The notes beneath the pieces were generated by a model. It searched no databases and had not been told where the DNA came from. It saw only the letters and a program-made list of their open reading frames with translations. A program made the translations under genes and the position numbers. This document shows positions 11,507 to 23,218 of a stretch of 64,000 bases of DNA, piece after piece (the first letter of the stretch is position 1; each line of letters starts with the position of its first letter). Where the stretch lies: the NCBI GenBank assembly GCA_020184695.1, contig JAANOX010000035.1, positions 248,001 to 312,000 of the forward strand, written 5' to 3'. This stretch comes from Histomonas meleagridis 2922-C6/04-290x (taxonomy: Eukaryota; Protista; Parabasalia).

Positions 11507-12130
11507 ATGTTATATTGGATAGAAATTTTCATTTTTTTGATACCAAATGCTAATTGCGGCAGAAAAGCAGCATTTCCAAGGAAATATAATCAGTTAGCAA
11601 AAAAATTAAGTGATTATAAACCTCAACAATACTACGAAGTTCACTCAGGTGACGAAATAACACAATTTAAAAAATTAAATCGAGATATATTATCTGATTT
11701 AACAAGAAGAAAGAGAGTTCAGCCATCTTTTCCATCCATGAGAAGAACAATATTTGATGATGGAGATGAAAGTGATATAGAGATCCAACCAAGTTTATCA
11801 GGTTCAAGTGATGAATCATCTGACCAGGGATATCCAAAGTGTAAAACTCCATATCCTACAGTACATCAAGAAAGAGTATCCTATCCTTCACCTAGCCAAA
11901 AAAGAATGAAACAGAATGATTTCTATGAACCATACAATAATAATTTGCCTACCCCTCCTCCACAACTTCATCGCCCAATACAAATAAGCTTAGAAAGAAG
12001 AGAAAGTGTTCATCCAACAGTTTTTCATCAAAAAATAATGAGAGAAGATGAACCAAGTGGATATAGTTCAGGAGATCAAAGAGATTGGGAATATCGAAGT
12101 GAGATGCCATGGGGACATTATGGTAAGTAA
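11507..12130 (+). CDS. Hypothetical protein, possible signal peptide, low-complexity Ser/Pro/Asp-rich
   Basis: 207-aa ORF preceded by an Inr-like TCATTTTT; hydrophobic N-terminus MLYWIEIFIFLIPNANC. Confidence 0.6.
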   Translation: MLYWIEIFIFLIPNANCGRKAAFPRKYNQLAKKLSDYKPQQYYEVHSGDEITQFKKLNRDILSDLTRRKRVQPSFPSMRRTIFDDGDESDIEIQPSLSGSSDESSDQGYPKCKTPYPTVHQERVSYPSPSQKRMKQNDFYEPYNNNLPTPPPQLHRPIQISLERRESVHPTVFHQKIMREDEPSGYSSGDQRDWEYRSEMPWGHYGK

Positions 12131-12696
12131 ACAATTAAAACCCCTATGTTTAGTTTTAATTAATTTCAAAAGTAAACGAATTTTACACAGCATTTGCTTG
12201 AAATGAATCAGATGGGGCATTCCGAAATTCAAATTTTTTTACACTCAGTTATGATATTAATAATAATATTGATTATCACATTAGAATGAATAAGCCTTCG
12301 AATACTCAATAGTACTACAGTATATAAGGGCTTATTTAATGCTAATCACAATTCGTATATATTTCCCTAATTGCTTATGGAGTGAATCATTCATAGAAAA
12401 AAATTTTTATCCGTTTAAAGCAGAAATCTAAATAAATTTAAATAAAATTAAGTTGCGCTTATAATGATGAAGTTCTATCGGTTACTTGCTTTATATAATA
12501 TTCATTAGATTTTTGTAAAATATTACAATAATGATAATTACTCTTTGGGAGAATTGATATAATACATTTTGTTAGGGAGGTTGTAAATGGTTCTTTTCTA
12601 AAATAAAAAACATTTGGTAGTGAGATATTTTGGAACATTTTTGCATTTCAATGAAAAATCAAAAAGTGGCGTTTCAAGAATCAAACGGTTTAACAT

Positions 12697-15600
12697 ATGC
12701 AAACATCCTTATCTTTTGGCAAATGGATTCAACATGTCCAATACGAAATTCGAAACCTTACAAAGTCTACAAAGCAAATGGTTGTTCATCGTGTATTATT
12801 AACTTTTATATGTAATCAATTTCATTCTTTTTCAAAATTGTTAAGATCAAGAGAAAATGATGAAACAGATCTTGACAAAACTCAAGAAGAATTATTTAAA
12901 CAAATGATTAATGTAATTAATTCATTAAAAGAATTATTTGAGCAACAATATGAAAGTACATGGTTACAATTCTTTCTTGATCATCCGCTAGATTACACCG
13001 AAACAGAAGTTACAAGGCTATCTCAACTCTTTAATGATATTAGTTCAAAATTAGGACTTGGTGATACACCAATATCATTTACTGAAACACAATTTAAAAC
13101 CGAAGTAGTTCATGACCTCGGTATTATTCAGCAACTACTTGAAAATTCTAACATTCCTGGTTTAGAATCCAAAATTAATGAAATTGTTCAACATCGAAAT
13201 CAACTTGCCAAAGATGCTGGCATTGATTCTGAGTCTAAAAAACCGAAAGCCCTTGAATTATCAGTCATTAAAGAGTCACTTATGTCTTTTGAAAAGTGGG
13301 AGATATCACCCGATGATCTAGTCTTACAAAAAAAGATTGGTTCTGGAGGCTTTGCGGAAGTATTTTTAGGGTATCTTAAAAGTGATGGCACCATTGTTGC
13401 TGTCAAAAAGCTACATCATCAACAATTTGATGAACATATGTTAGAAATGTTTAAACGCGAAGTTGCTATTTGTGCACGCCTTAAACATTTTGCTATATTA
13501 CCATTTGTCGGTGCATGTACTAAACCACCATTTTGTATTGTTACCGAATTTATGTCTGGCGGCTCATTATTTTCACGATTACATGCAAAAGAAGCATCAG
13601 ATCGATTATCGCCAACGCAATTATCTATCATAGCGTTAGGTATTGCATATGGTATGAAATATTTACATGAACAACAAATGCTTCATCGTGATTTGAAATC
13701 ATTAAACATATTATTAGATGCTGATAACTTCCCAAAGATTTCGGACTTTGGAATGGCGAGTACGAAGTCATCTAATAGTGAAACAGTTGGAATTGGTACA
13801 TCCCAATGGATGGCACCAGAAGTATTAAATTCGCAACGTTATGATGAGAAATCAGATGTTTATAGTTATGGAATAGTATTATGGGAAATGTTAACAGGAG
13901 ATGTTCCTTATCGAGGTCTTAGAGATATACAAGTTGCAATGACAGTAATTAATCAAAACAATCGGCCGAAAATACCGAAGAATTGTCCACATAATTTAGC
14001 AAAGTTTATACGGATTTGTTGGCATACAGATCCTGATAAACGACCTGACTTTAAGACTATTGTACGTGCATTAGAAAGTTGTACAATAACATTTCCTGGA
14101 ACTGATTTAGAAAAGTATAAGAATTATATACAACAATTCGGTTCACCATCATTTAATAATGATGAATTTGTTAATGATTTACGACCTTTTGGTATTGATC
14201 CTAATTCAATCACTGAAGAACAAATCGGAAAAATTATTGAAGAATGTGAACAAGATGAAACTGCTATAACAAAGTTAACAACATTAATATCTAATCAAGA
14301 TATAGTATCAATGATAGCACAATTTGATATTATCCCATTTATAGTTAAACATCTCGAAACTAGTAATGATCAACATATCATTGCGACGTTGGTATCATTA
14401 TTAGAGAAATTATTAAAAGATGAATCAATGGTAGCTTCATTCATAGAGAATAATGGAGATATCGCATTATTAAATGTATTAACTCGATTTGTAACTACAA
14501 CAATACCGAAATTATTAAGTTGTTTAATAGCTATTGTTGGATCACAACGTTGTATATTCTCACAACAACATATTTCTCGAATATCATCATTTTTATTAGC
14601 TTCTGATGTCGTTGTTCGAAAGAAAGCAATTAATTTACTTGATCAAATTATAGATCATGAGTTTTATGAAGATGAATCAATCTTTAGTACTGTTGTAGAA
14701 AACCTTTTACGTAATGCTATACCTGAATCGAATTCTGAATTATTATTAGCTACGTTAAATTTGTTAATAAAAATCGCTTCATTCGAAGGAGCTAAAGCAC
14801 AAATTCGTTGTGTCGATGGTGCAGATCGAATTTGTATCTTATTAGAAAACGAAGATTCGAATATATTAGTTACAGCATTACGATTATTACAAATATTATT
14901 TGATGGAATAATGTCAAAGCAACGAACGATTTCGATATTTTTATCACAATTTACATCGTTATTACAAAGAGCAGATTTCGATGTCCAATTAGAAGCATTA
15001 AATGCTTTAACAATGTTAATGGATAATATATTAGTATATAAAGAAGTATATGCAACTAAAAACTTTGCGTTATGTTTAACGAAATGTATACAAAGTGAAG
15101 ATATAATAGTACAAGTTTCAGCACTTCGAATTTGTTTTGCGTTTTGTTCTAATTCGATAACAGTTAATAAGTTCCAAATATTATTAAAGACATTATTAAA
15201 CTTATTAAAGTCTTCGACATATTCCGCAATATTATCTGCTTATTCAATTGCTGCATTATTAGCCGAGAACGATATAATCGAAGAAATAAATTTAAATGAA
15301 TGTGAACAACTTAAAACATTTCTAATCGATGCATTATCATTAGAAAGTGAATTAACAGCACCAGCAATTCGACTTGTCGGTGTTTTAGCTAGTAACATGA
15401 ACTATGTAAATCTTTTAGAGAAATGGTCTTTAATGACATACATAGTACAATTATTAAAGTCTAAAAATGAGGAATTAACTCATTTAGCTTTAATGGCATT
15501 AACAGCATTAAGCGCAGCTTTACCTGATTCGACAGTAATGATCGATGCTATACCTTTGTTATTTAATGCATGTTATGATTATTCTTTTAGTTCTTATCCT

Positions 15601-16008
15601 TTTATATGTTTATCGAATATTACTGTGGACCCGATAAATGCAAAGGCATGTATAGAGTATTTACCACAATTGTTTAAACATTTCACGAATGAAGATCCTG
15701 TCGCTGTACAACGTGCAATCGTAACTGCGTGTAGAATAGCGTCGTTGCCTGAAGCAAAAGAAATATTGAAGAAAAAAGATGTAATTGATCAGTTCTTTGT
15801 GGGAGTAAAGGATATGTGGGAATCCGAACACGCGCCGATCTTGTTTAATATGATAGAAACAATGTCGGCAACTCCAGAGGTATGCAAACTGTTGAAGGAA
15901 AATAATATGTTAAATGTAATAGAGAAAAAATTGGCATCGTCACAGCTGAACGATTCAAATAGACCAAAGTATATAAGAATTAGAGCAATGTTAAGAAAAT
16001 GCGAATAA
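12697..16008 (+). CDS. TKL-family protein kinase with C-terminal ARM/HEAT-like helical repeats
   Basis: IGSGGFAEV, VAVKKL, HRDLKSLNILL, ISDFGMA, GTSQWMAPE and DVYSYGIVLWE motifs; 1103 aa. Confidence 0.9.
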   Translation: MQTSLSFGKWIQHVQYEIRNLTKSTKQMVVHRVLLTFICNQFHSFSKLLRSRENDETDLDKTQEELFKQMINVINSLKELFEQQYESTWLQFFLDHPLDYTETEVTRLSQLFNDISSKLGLGDTPISFTETQFKTEVVHDLGIIQQLLENSNIPGLESKINEIVQHRNQLAKDAGIDSESKKPKALELSVIKESLMSFEKWEISPDDLVLQKKIGSGGFAEVFLGYLKSDGTIVAVKKLHHQQFDEHMLEMFKREVAICARLKHFAILPFVGACTKPPFCIVTEFMSGGSLFSRLHAKEASDRLSPTQLSIIALGIAYGMKYLHEQQMLHRDLKSLNILLDADNFPKISDFGMASTKSSNSETVGIGTSQWMAPEVLNSQRYDEKSDVYSYGIVLWEMLTGDVPYRGLRDIQVAMTVINQNNRPKIPKNCPHNLAKFIRICWHTDPDKRPDFKTIVRALESCTITFPGTDLEKYKNYIQQFGSPSFNNDEFVNDLRPFGIDPNSITEEQIGKIIEECEQDETAITKLTTLISNQDIVSMIAQFDIIPFIVKHLETSNDQHIIATLVSLLEKLLKDESMVASFIENNGDIALLNVLTRFVTTTIPKLLSCLIAIVGSQRCIFSQQHISRISSFLLASDVVVRKKAINLLDQIIDHEFYEDESIFSTVVENLLRNAIPESNSELLLATLNLLIKIASFEGAKAQIRCVDGADRICILLENEDSNILVTALRLLQILFDGIMSKQRTISIFLSQFTSLLQRADFDVQLEALNALTMLMDNILVYKEVYATKNFALCLTKCIQSEDIIVQVSALRICFAFCSNSITVNKFQILLKTLLNLLKSSTYSAILSAYSIAALLAENDIIEEINLNECEQLKTFLIDALSLESELTAPAIRLVGVLASNMNYVNLLEKWSLMTYIVQLLKSKNEELTHLALMALTALSAALPDSTVMIDAIPLLFNACYDYSFSSYPFICLSNITVDPINAKACIEYLPQLFKHFTNEDPVAVQRAIVTACRIASLPEAKEILKKKDVIDQFFVGVKDMWESEHAPILFNMIETMSATPEVCKLLKENNMLNVIEKKLASSQLNDSNRPKYIRIRAMLRKCE

Positions 16009-16598
16009 TTGTGTGTTTATTAAATACGAAATTATTTTTATTTTGCAATTTTGAGATAATGATAAAAAATTGTTTCAATAATTTTAATATATGTCATCAT
16101 AAAAATCAATAAACAAAATATTAAAAAAAAGCTTTTTATTACACAATTCAAAAGTTAGAAAGAATTATAAATCATGGTTAATTGCAAAAAACTCTGGTTA
16201 TCTAAGGCAGAACTTTTACATCGATGATTAATAAAAACTTAGGAATAATATTATAAATAACACAAGACAAATTTGTCTCTTCATTCCAAAAATAGGCAAA
16301 ATCGACTTTTGGATGGCTTGCATTTATATCATATAGTTTCATAATATGAGATATTAGAATTTTATAATTGACTGTATTTATTTAATCAACTTAAAATTCC
16401 ATATTTTTTTAAATACGTTTAATAAACATCCTGTTGAAATATAGAAAAATGTTTGATCGTCTTCAACCGATCAATATCAACTCAAGCAACAACTTTTTCA
16501 TTGATACTCAAATTTGAACATATATAAAGTTATCAAATCACGGCCCCCCCAACACTCCTTTTTGATATTTGTAACAATTTATTTAAAACATGATAAAA

Positions 16599-17603
16599 TT
16601 ATTCTACAAAAATACCGAAATGATCAAGTAAGTAAAACCAAAGAACAACACATGGTATAGCTGTGATTGTTGACCAAAGAATCATTGTTGAAGCTACGCC
16701 AGCTCCAGTTCTGTTTTGTTCGCTCAACAAAAATGCAGCTGTTGCAGTAGGCATTGTTGCCATGATCATGCATTGCCTAGCGAGTCTAGGTGACACTTTA
16801 ATGAAGAAACAATACATTGCGACTATCCATGGGAAAACGATAGCCCGGATTATTAACGTTATCAAAAAGTGTAGAAAATTGCATGCAATGATGGAATGCT
16901 GAGACAAGAAGCCACCAACTGTAAATAAAGCTAGAGCAAGAACAGCATCACCAAGGTACTTCATTAGCTGGCCAAGAAATGGACACATCTTCCAACCTGT
17001 GGCTGCATATATAAATCCAATTGCATTACCAATGATAAACTTATTTGTAATGATACCTTTGATTATTATCCAAATAATAGATATTTGTACGTGTTCAACA
17101 ATACCATCATTAGCTTCTTTGTGCTTGATATTTGCTTGGTTGATCGAATAGAATTTAGTCAACACTAAATAAACCGGAACAACAAATAAATCACCGGAGA
17201 GATTCTGTACAGAAACCATTGCATTTTCATTTTCACTCCATACAGCCTTAAAAACTGGTAATCCAATAATGAGATAGTTAACATAAACACTTGGAAGATA
17301 TGTACTAAGGTAGATATAGAATCTGTTTTTAAATTTTTTAATGCAAAACACAACAAGCAAAAGGATATCAACAGTAATTACCGCCAAAATTGCCACAAGA
17401 AATGGGAGGAAACTGAGGCTACCAAGGTCGCGTGTAGCAAGAGCTCTAGTAATGAGGGGAAGATAGCAAACATTCACAAGAAATGCATTTAACTTTGTGA
17501 TTGTTTCTTCAGGAAAAAACTTTAGCTTAAAACAAATAAATCCTATAGCGATTTCTATTATAATAGAAACTCCTGAATAAATGATGTTTGTGTAGTCAGT
17601 CAT
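16599..17603 (-). CDS. Auxin efflux carrier (AEC)-family membrane transporter
   Basis: About 10 hydrophobic segments; LNAFLVNVCYLP, NYLIIGLP, ALALFTVGGFL and MATMPTATAAFLLS are typical AEC signatures. Confidence 0.8.
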   Translation of the reverse strand: MTDYTNIIYSGVSIIIEIAIGFICFKLKFFPEETITKLNAFLVNVCYLPLITRALATRDLGSLSFLPFLVAILAVITVDILLLVVFCIKKFKNRFYIYLSTYLPSVYVNYLIIGLPVFKAVWSENENAMVSVQNLSGDLFVVPVYLVLTKFYSINQANIKHKEANDGIVEHVQISIIWIIIKGIITNKFIIGNAIGFIYAATGWKMCPFLGQLMKYLGDAVLALALFTVGGFLSQHSIIACNFLHFLITLIIRAIVFPWIVAMYCFFIKVSPRLARQCMIMATMPTATAAFLLSEQNRTGAGVASTMILWSTITAIPCVVLWFYLLDHFGIFVE

Positions 17604-18008
17604 TCTTGTATGCGACCAACCCCACCCTCCGATGGAATGTTATTTCTGTGATTTACACAATGCGAATTGAAAACAAAAAAGGGAATTCTAAAAAATTTTC
17701 ACAGAATTTTCTATGACGATTGGCGACTTTTCGATCGGTTAATAGAATTACATTTAAAAAGTGGAACCGATACTGTTATTTTCTACGATCATTTCCCACA
17801 TAATTTCTTTCGCACCCAAAGCCTCGACTTTTTGATGAAACTCATAGAAATTTTCTGAATAAAAACATAGAAAAGGTTGAGACAATAAATTCAATGTTTT
17901 CACAATTTATCATACAAAATTTCTCAGAAATTTTTTTCAATGAACTCATAGAATATAAAATCGTTATTTAGAGAATTCTGTTTCTTGGGGATTTAAAAAA
18001 AAATGTAT

Positions 18009-21000
18009 TTACTCATCATCTTCAATGAGCATACATTTTGTTTGTTCCCTATTGGGGAAGTACCCAGGAGTGCATTCCGTGCATTTGGTTGCTCCTTCAG
18101 TTGATATGGTGCCGCATGGACAATTATAGCAAAGATTAAGTGTTGAAGCTCCTGCCGCAATGCCGTAAGTACCTGCGGGACACTTCTTGCAACTACCAGA
18201 ACCTTCTGAATCAGAGTAAGTACCCGCTGGACACTGTGCACATGGTGTACTGCTTGACGTTGTTGAATATGTACCCTTTGGACACTTTCCGCATTTAGCT
18301 GATCCTGCTGTTGAATATGTACCACTTGGACATTGTTTACAATATGGTAAACCTTCTTCATCTGCATATTTACCTGCTGAACAAAGGACGCAGGTGGCTG
18401 ATCCTTCTGAATTAGAACTAGTAGTTCCCTTTGGACATTTCTTACATGAGTCAAATGTTGGTGTGTCACTAGAATTGGAATATTGTCCATTCGGACACTT
18501 CTTGCAACTACCAGAACCTTCTGAATCAGAATAAGTACCCGCTGAGCATTTTTACGCATGAACTGCCTGTTGAATATGTACCCTTTGGACACTTTTCACA
18601 TTTAATTGATCCTGCTGTTGAATATGTACCACTTGGACATTGTTTACAATATGGTAAACCTTCTTCATCTGCATATTTACCTGCTGAACAAAGGACGCAG
18701 GTGGCTGATCCTTCTGAATTAGAACTAGTAGTTCCCTTTGGACATTTCTTACATGAGTCAAATGTTGGTGTGTCACTAGAATTGGAATATTGTCCATTCG
18801 GACACTTCTTGCAACTTCTGGGAACCTTCTGAATCAGAATAAGTACCCGCTGAGCATTTTACGCATGAACTGCCTGTTGAATATGTACCCTTTGGACACT
18901 TTTCACATTTAATTGATCCTGCTGTTGAATATGTACCACTTGGACATTGTTTACAATATGGTAAACCTTCTTCATCTGCATATTTACCTGCTGAACAAAA
19001 GGACGCAGGTGGTTGATCCTTCTGAATTAGAACTAGTAGTTCCCTTTGGACATTTCTTACATGAGTCAAATGTTGGTGTGTCACTAGAATTGGAATATTG
19101 TCCATTCGGACACTTCTTGCAACTACCAGAACCTTCTGAATCAGAATAAGTACCCGCTGAGCATTTTACGCATGAACTGCCTGTTGAATATGTACCCTTT
19201 GGACACTTTTCACATTTAATTGATCCTGCTGCTGAATATGTGCCACTTGGACATTGTTTACAATATGGTAAACCTTCTTCATCTGCATATTTACCTGCTG
19301 AACAAAGGACGCAGGTGGCTGATCCTTCTGAATTAGAACTAGTAGTTCCCTTTGGACATTTCTTACATGAGTCAAATGTTGGTGTGTCACTAGAATTGGA
19401 ATATTGTCCATTCGGACACTTCTTGCAACTACCAGAACCTTCTGAATCAGAATAAGTACCCGCTGAGCATTTTACGCATGAACTGCCTGTTGAATATGTA
19501 CCCTTTGGACACTTTTCACATTTAATTGATCCTGCTGCTGAATATGTACCACTTGGACATTGTTTACAATATGGTAAACCTTCTTCATCTGCATATTTAC
19601 CTGCTGAACAAAGGGACGCAGGTGGCTGATCCTTCTGAATTAGAACTAGTAGTTCCCTTTGGACATTTCTTACATGAGTCAAATGTTGGTGTGTCACTAG
19701 AATTGGAATATTGTCCATTCGGACACTTCTTGCAACTCACCAGAACCTTCTGAATCAGAATAAGTACCCGCTGAGCATTTTACGCATGAACTGCCTGTTG
19801 AATATGTACCCTTTGGACACTTTTCACATTTAATTGATCCTGCTGCTGAATATGTGCCACTTGGACATTGTTTACAATATGGTAAACCTTCTTCATCTGC
19901 ATATTTACCTGCTGAACAAAGGACGCAGGTGGTTGATCCCTTCTGAATTAGAACTAGTAGTTCCCTTTGGACATTTCTTACATGAGTCAAATGTTGGTGT
20001 GTCACTAGAATTGGAATATTGTCCATTCGGACACTTCTGGCAACTCCAGAACCTTCTGAATCAGAATAAGTACCCGCTGAGCATTTTACGCATGAACTGC
20101 CTGTTGAATATGTACCCTTTGGACACTTTTCACATTTAATTGATCCTGCTGCTGAATATGTGCCACTTGGACATTGTTTACAATATGGTAAACCTTCTTC
20201 ATCTGCATATTTACCTGCTGAACAAAGGACGCAGGTGGCTGATCCTTCTGAATTAGAACTAGTAGTTCCCTTTGGACATTTCTTACATGAGTCAAATGTT
20301 GGTGTGTCACTAGAATTGGAATATTGTCCATTCGGACACTTCTTGCAACTACCAGAACCTTCTGGAGATCAGAATAAGTACCCGCTGAGCATTTTACGCA
20401 TGAACTGCCTGTTGAATATGTACCCTTTGGACACTTTTCACATTTAATTGATCCTGCTGCTGAATATGTGCCACTTGGACATTGTTTACAATATGGTAAA
20501 CCTTCTTCATCTGCATATTTACCTGCTGAACAAAGGACGCAGGTGGTTGATCCTTCTGAATTAGAACTAGTAGTTCCCTTTGGACATTTCTTACATGAGT
20601 CAAATGTTGGTGTGTCACTAGAATTGGAATATTGTCCATTCGGACACTTCTTGCAACTACCAGAACCTTCTGAATCAGAATAAGTACCCGCTGAGCATTT
20701 TTACGCATGAACTGCCTGTTGAATATGTACCCTTTGGACACTTTTCACATTTAATTGATCCTGCTGCTGAATATGTGCCACTTGGACATTGTTTACAATA
20801 TGGTAAACCTTCTTCATCTGCATATTTACCTGCTGAACAAAGGACGCAGGTGGTTGATCCTTCTGAATTAGAACTAGTAGTTCCCTTTGGACATTTCTTA
20901 CATGAGTCAAAATGTTGGTGTGTCACTAGAATTGGAATATTGTCCATTCGGACACTTCTTGCAACTACCAGAACCTTCTGAATCAGAATAAGTACCCGCT

Positions 21001-21662
21001 GAGCATTTTACGCATGAACTGCCTGTTGAATATGTACCCTTTGGACACTTTTCACATTTAATTGATCCTGCTGCTGAATATGTGCCACTTGGACATTGTT
21101 TACAATATGGTAAACCTTCTTCATCTGCATATTTACCTGCTGAACAAAGGACGCAGGTGGTTGATCCTTCTGAATTAGAACTAGTAGTTCCCTTTGGACA
21201 TTTCTTACATGAGTCAAATGTTGGTGTGTCACTAGAATTGGAATATTGTCCATTCGGACATTTCTTGCAACTTTCATATTGTCGATCATAATAATAACCA
21301 GCTGAGCAACGGCTAGCAACACACTTAGTTGAGCCTGTTAGTTTTTCACTACTAGTACCACTTGGACATTTCTTGCAAGCTTCAAACGATGAAGAATCAG
21401 TTGAATTAGAGTAATAACCTTCTGGGCATGGCTTACATTCTTTAGATCCTTCTTTGTCTGCGTAATATCCTGCAGAGCAACTAGTGCATGATCTTGATTC
21501 TCTAATTTTAGAGTATGTACCCTTTGGACATTTCAAACAGTGATGGGCAGTACCTGATGGCCAGTATTCGCCCTTTTTGCAAGGTTCACAGTCTTCACAA
21601 TAATTGGGATCCCAATTTGATTTTTTAGAGGAAATCGCATATAAAAACAAAGAAATTATCAT
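18009..21662 (-). CDS. Secreted cysteine-rich repeat protein (CxxCPxGTYS, GCC2/GCC3 or ephrin-receptor-like repeats), frameshifted in this sequence
   Basis: Signal peptide MIISLFLYAISS. A 102-aa unit rich in CKKCPNGQYS/CEKCPKGTYS is repeated. The C-terminus TKCMLIEDDE* ends at 18009. Single-base indels between units break the ORF. Confidence 0.75.
18208..21255 (-). repeat. About 10 tandem copies of a 306-bp coding unit
   Basis: The anchor gaatcagaataagtacc recurs at about 18523, 18831, 19138, 19444, 19752, 20058, 20366, 20672 and 20980 (spacing 306-308). Confidence 0.9.
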
Positions 21663-21829
21663 CTGTCAAATTGACGTGTATGCAAATTTAAAATTGAATA
21701 ATTATTCAATATTGAAAACAACGTTTATTTGAATTTTTTTTAAAAAAAAAGTAATTCGATGAATTGAGGATGATAATATTTAATTGCAAGTTACAAGTAT
21801 ACCAAATATTATATTTAAACATCAATTAA

Positions 21830-22989
21830 TATAATTAAATATTAAATTTAATTAATAAATATCATTGGAATTAATATCAATTCCTTCTTGTTTAAGAAGC
21901 AATTTGGCGATTTTGTATAACCTATTCGAGATGCTAAAATAAGTGCTGAAAAAAATATTTCAAATAATTTCCAAAAGTATTTTAAACAAAATGAATTAAT
22001 ATCTTTAGCATTAATATCAATTTATTCTTATTCAAGAAGTAATTTAACTATTTCTGTATAACCTTCTAATGTCGCAAAGATTAGTGCTGTTTTAAATGTT
22101 TTCCAAAATTTATTTTGAAACTTCAAATTATGCAAAGAAATATAAAATAAAAAGCATAATTCTTTTGAGCATTGATTTCTGCTCAAGAAGTAATGAAACA
22201 ATTTCATCATGACATTTTAAAGATGTTGACTGAATAATGTGAATGGTTTCCACCATATTTTATTTTGAAATAGAAAATTAGTGAAATATATTCTAAATAA
22301 AACAAATTAATGTCTTTAACAGTAATATCATATCCCTCTTGTTTTAGAAGCAACTGAACTATTTCTATGTCATATAACCATTATTTGATGCCCACATAAG
22401 TGCTGTTCGAAATTATTATATTGATTTCATCATTTCGAATTATTTTTACAGTTTTATTCGGATTAACTCCTTCTGTAATTAATTTCTTATGAAGCTCCCA
22501 ATAATTCTTTGAAAGTTCTTCATAATTTTCAAAAAAGGATTTGTAATGTTCATTTGTTTTTAAATTATTAATTTCTTCATTTTTCATATAATGTGCAAAG
22601 TAAGTTGTTGCTTTATTTTTACAAATATTTGGATCAATTAAATAATTTTCAATTAATTTTTGAAAAAGATAATTTGACTCTTGAGTTTGAATAGATAATA
22701 AATATTTTATAAAGATATCCATAATATTGTTATTTAAATCACCATATGTTTCACATTCTTTGACTTCAATTTCTTTTAAGTATTGTATGCATAACGCATT
22801 AAGACCTTTAGCAACAAAATATTCGTATATAATTCTACAAACAATTAAATTAAATGAATATGACTGCTCTACACCAAAATATTTTAAGGAAGATACAGCT
22901 GAATCCTTTATGTTATTATTTTTCAGCTCAAAAATTATTTTCTCTAAATATTAAAGCTTTTTTAATGCTTGGCTTTGAAAGGTCCCCAT
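21830..22989 (-). pseudogene. DUF3447-like ankyrin pseudogene
   Basis: ATG at 22989, TAA at codon 13, N-terminus homologous to the 54181 gene. Large internal deletion after IRNDEI; in-frame stops (E*E*IDINAKD) and frameshifts inside the ankyrin helices. Confidence 0.8.
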
Positions 22990-23218
22990 TTATATTTTTA
23001 GTTTTGTGAAATCACCAAAATTAATATTCCGCTAACTGTAACTTTTGGAACCGGTTTTAGCTTTTTCATAAGTTTGATTTATTTTACTTAATTGTTTAAA
23101 TCACAAAAAACGAAATCTATAGTAAAAATATGATGACGAAACACTTAAATTTTATAACACATCAACATGTAAATGCGGAATTATTCATTTTATAAAAAAA
23201 ATTAATTTAATTTAGTTT

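Noticed and set aside
17993-21322. Multiple small MDNIPILV... ORFs as separate genes
   Set aside because: They are alternative frames of one frameshifted 306-bp repeat gene.
22020-22960. TAA read as Gln (alternative genetic code) suggested by E*E*IDINAKD
   Set aside because: One TAA replaces a Gly codon, the locus has other lesions, and intact genes in the window end normally in TAA with no internal TAAs.
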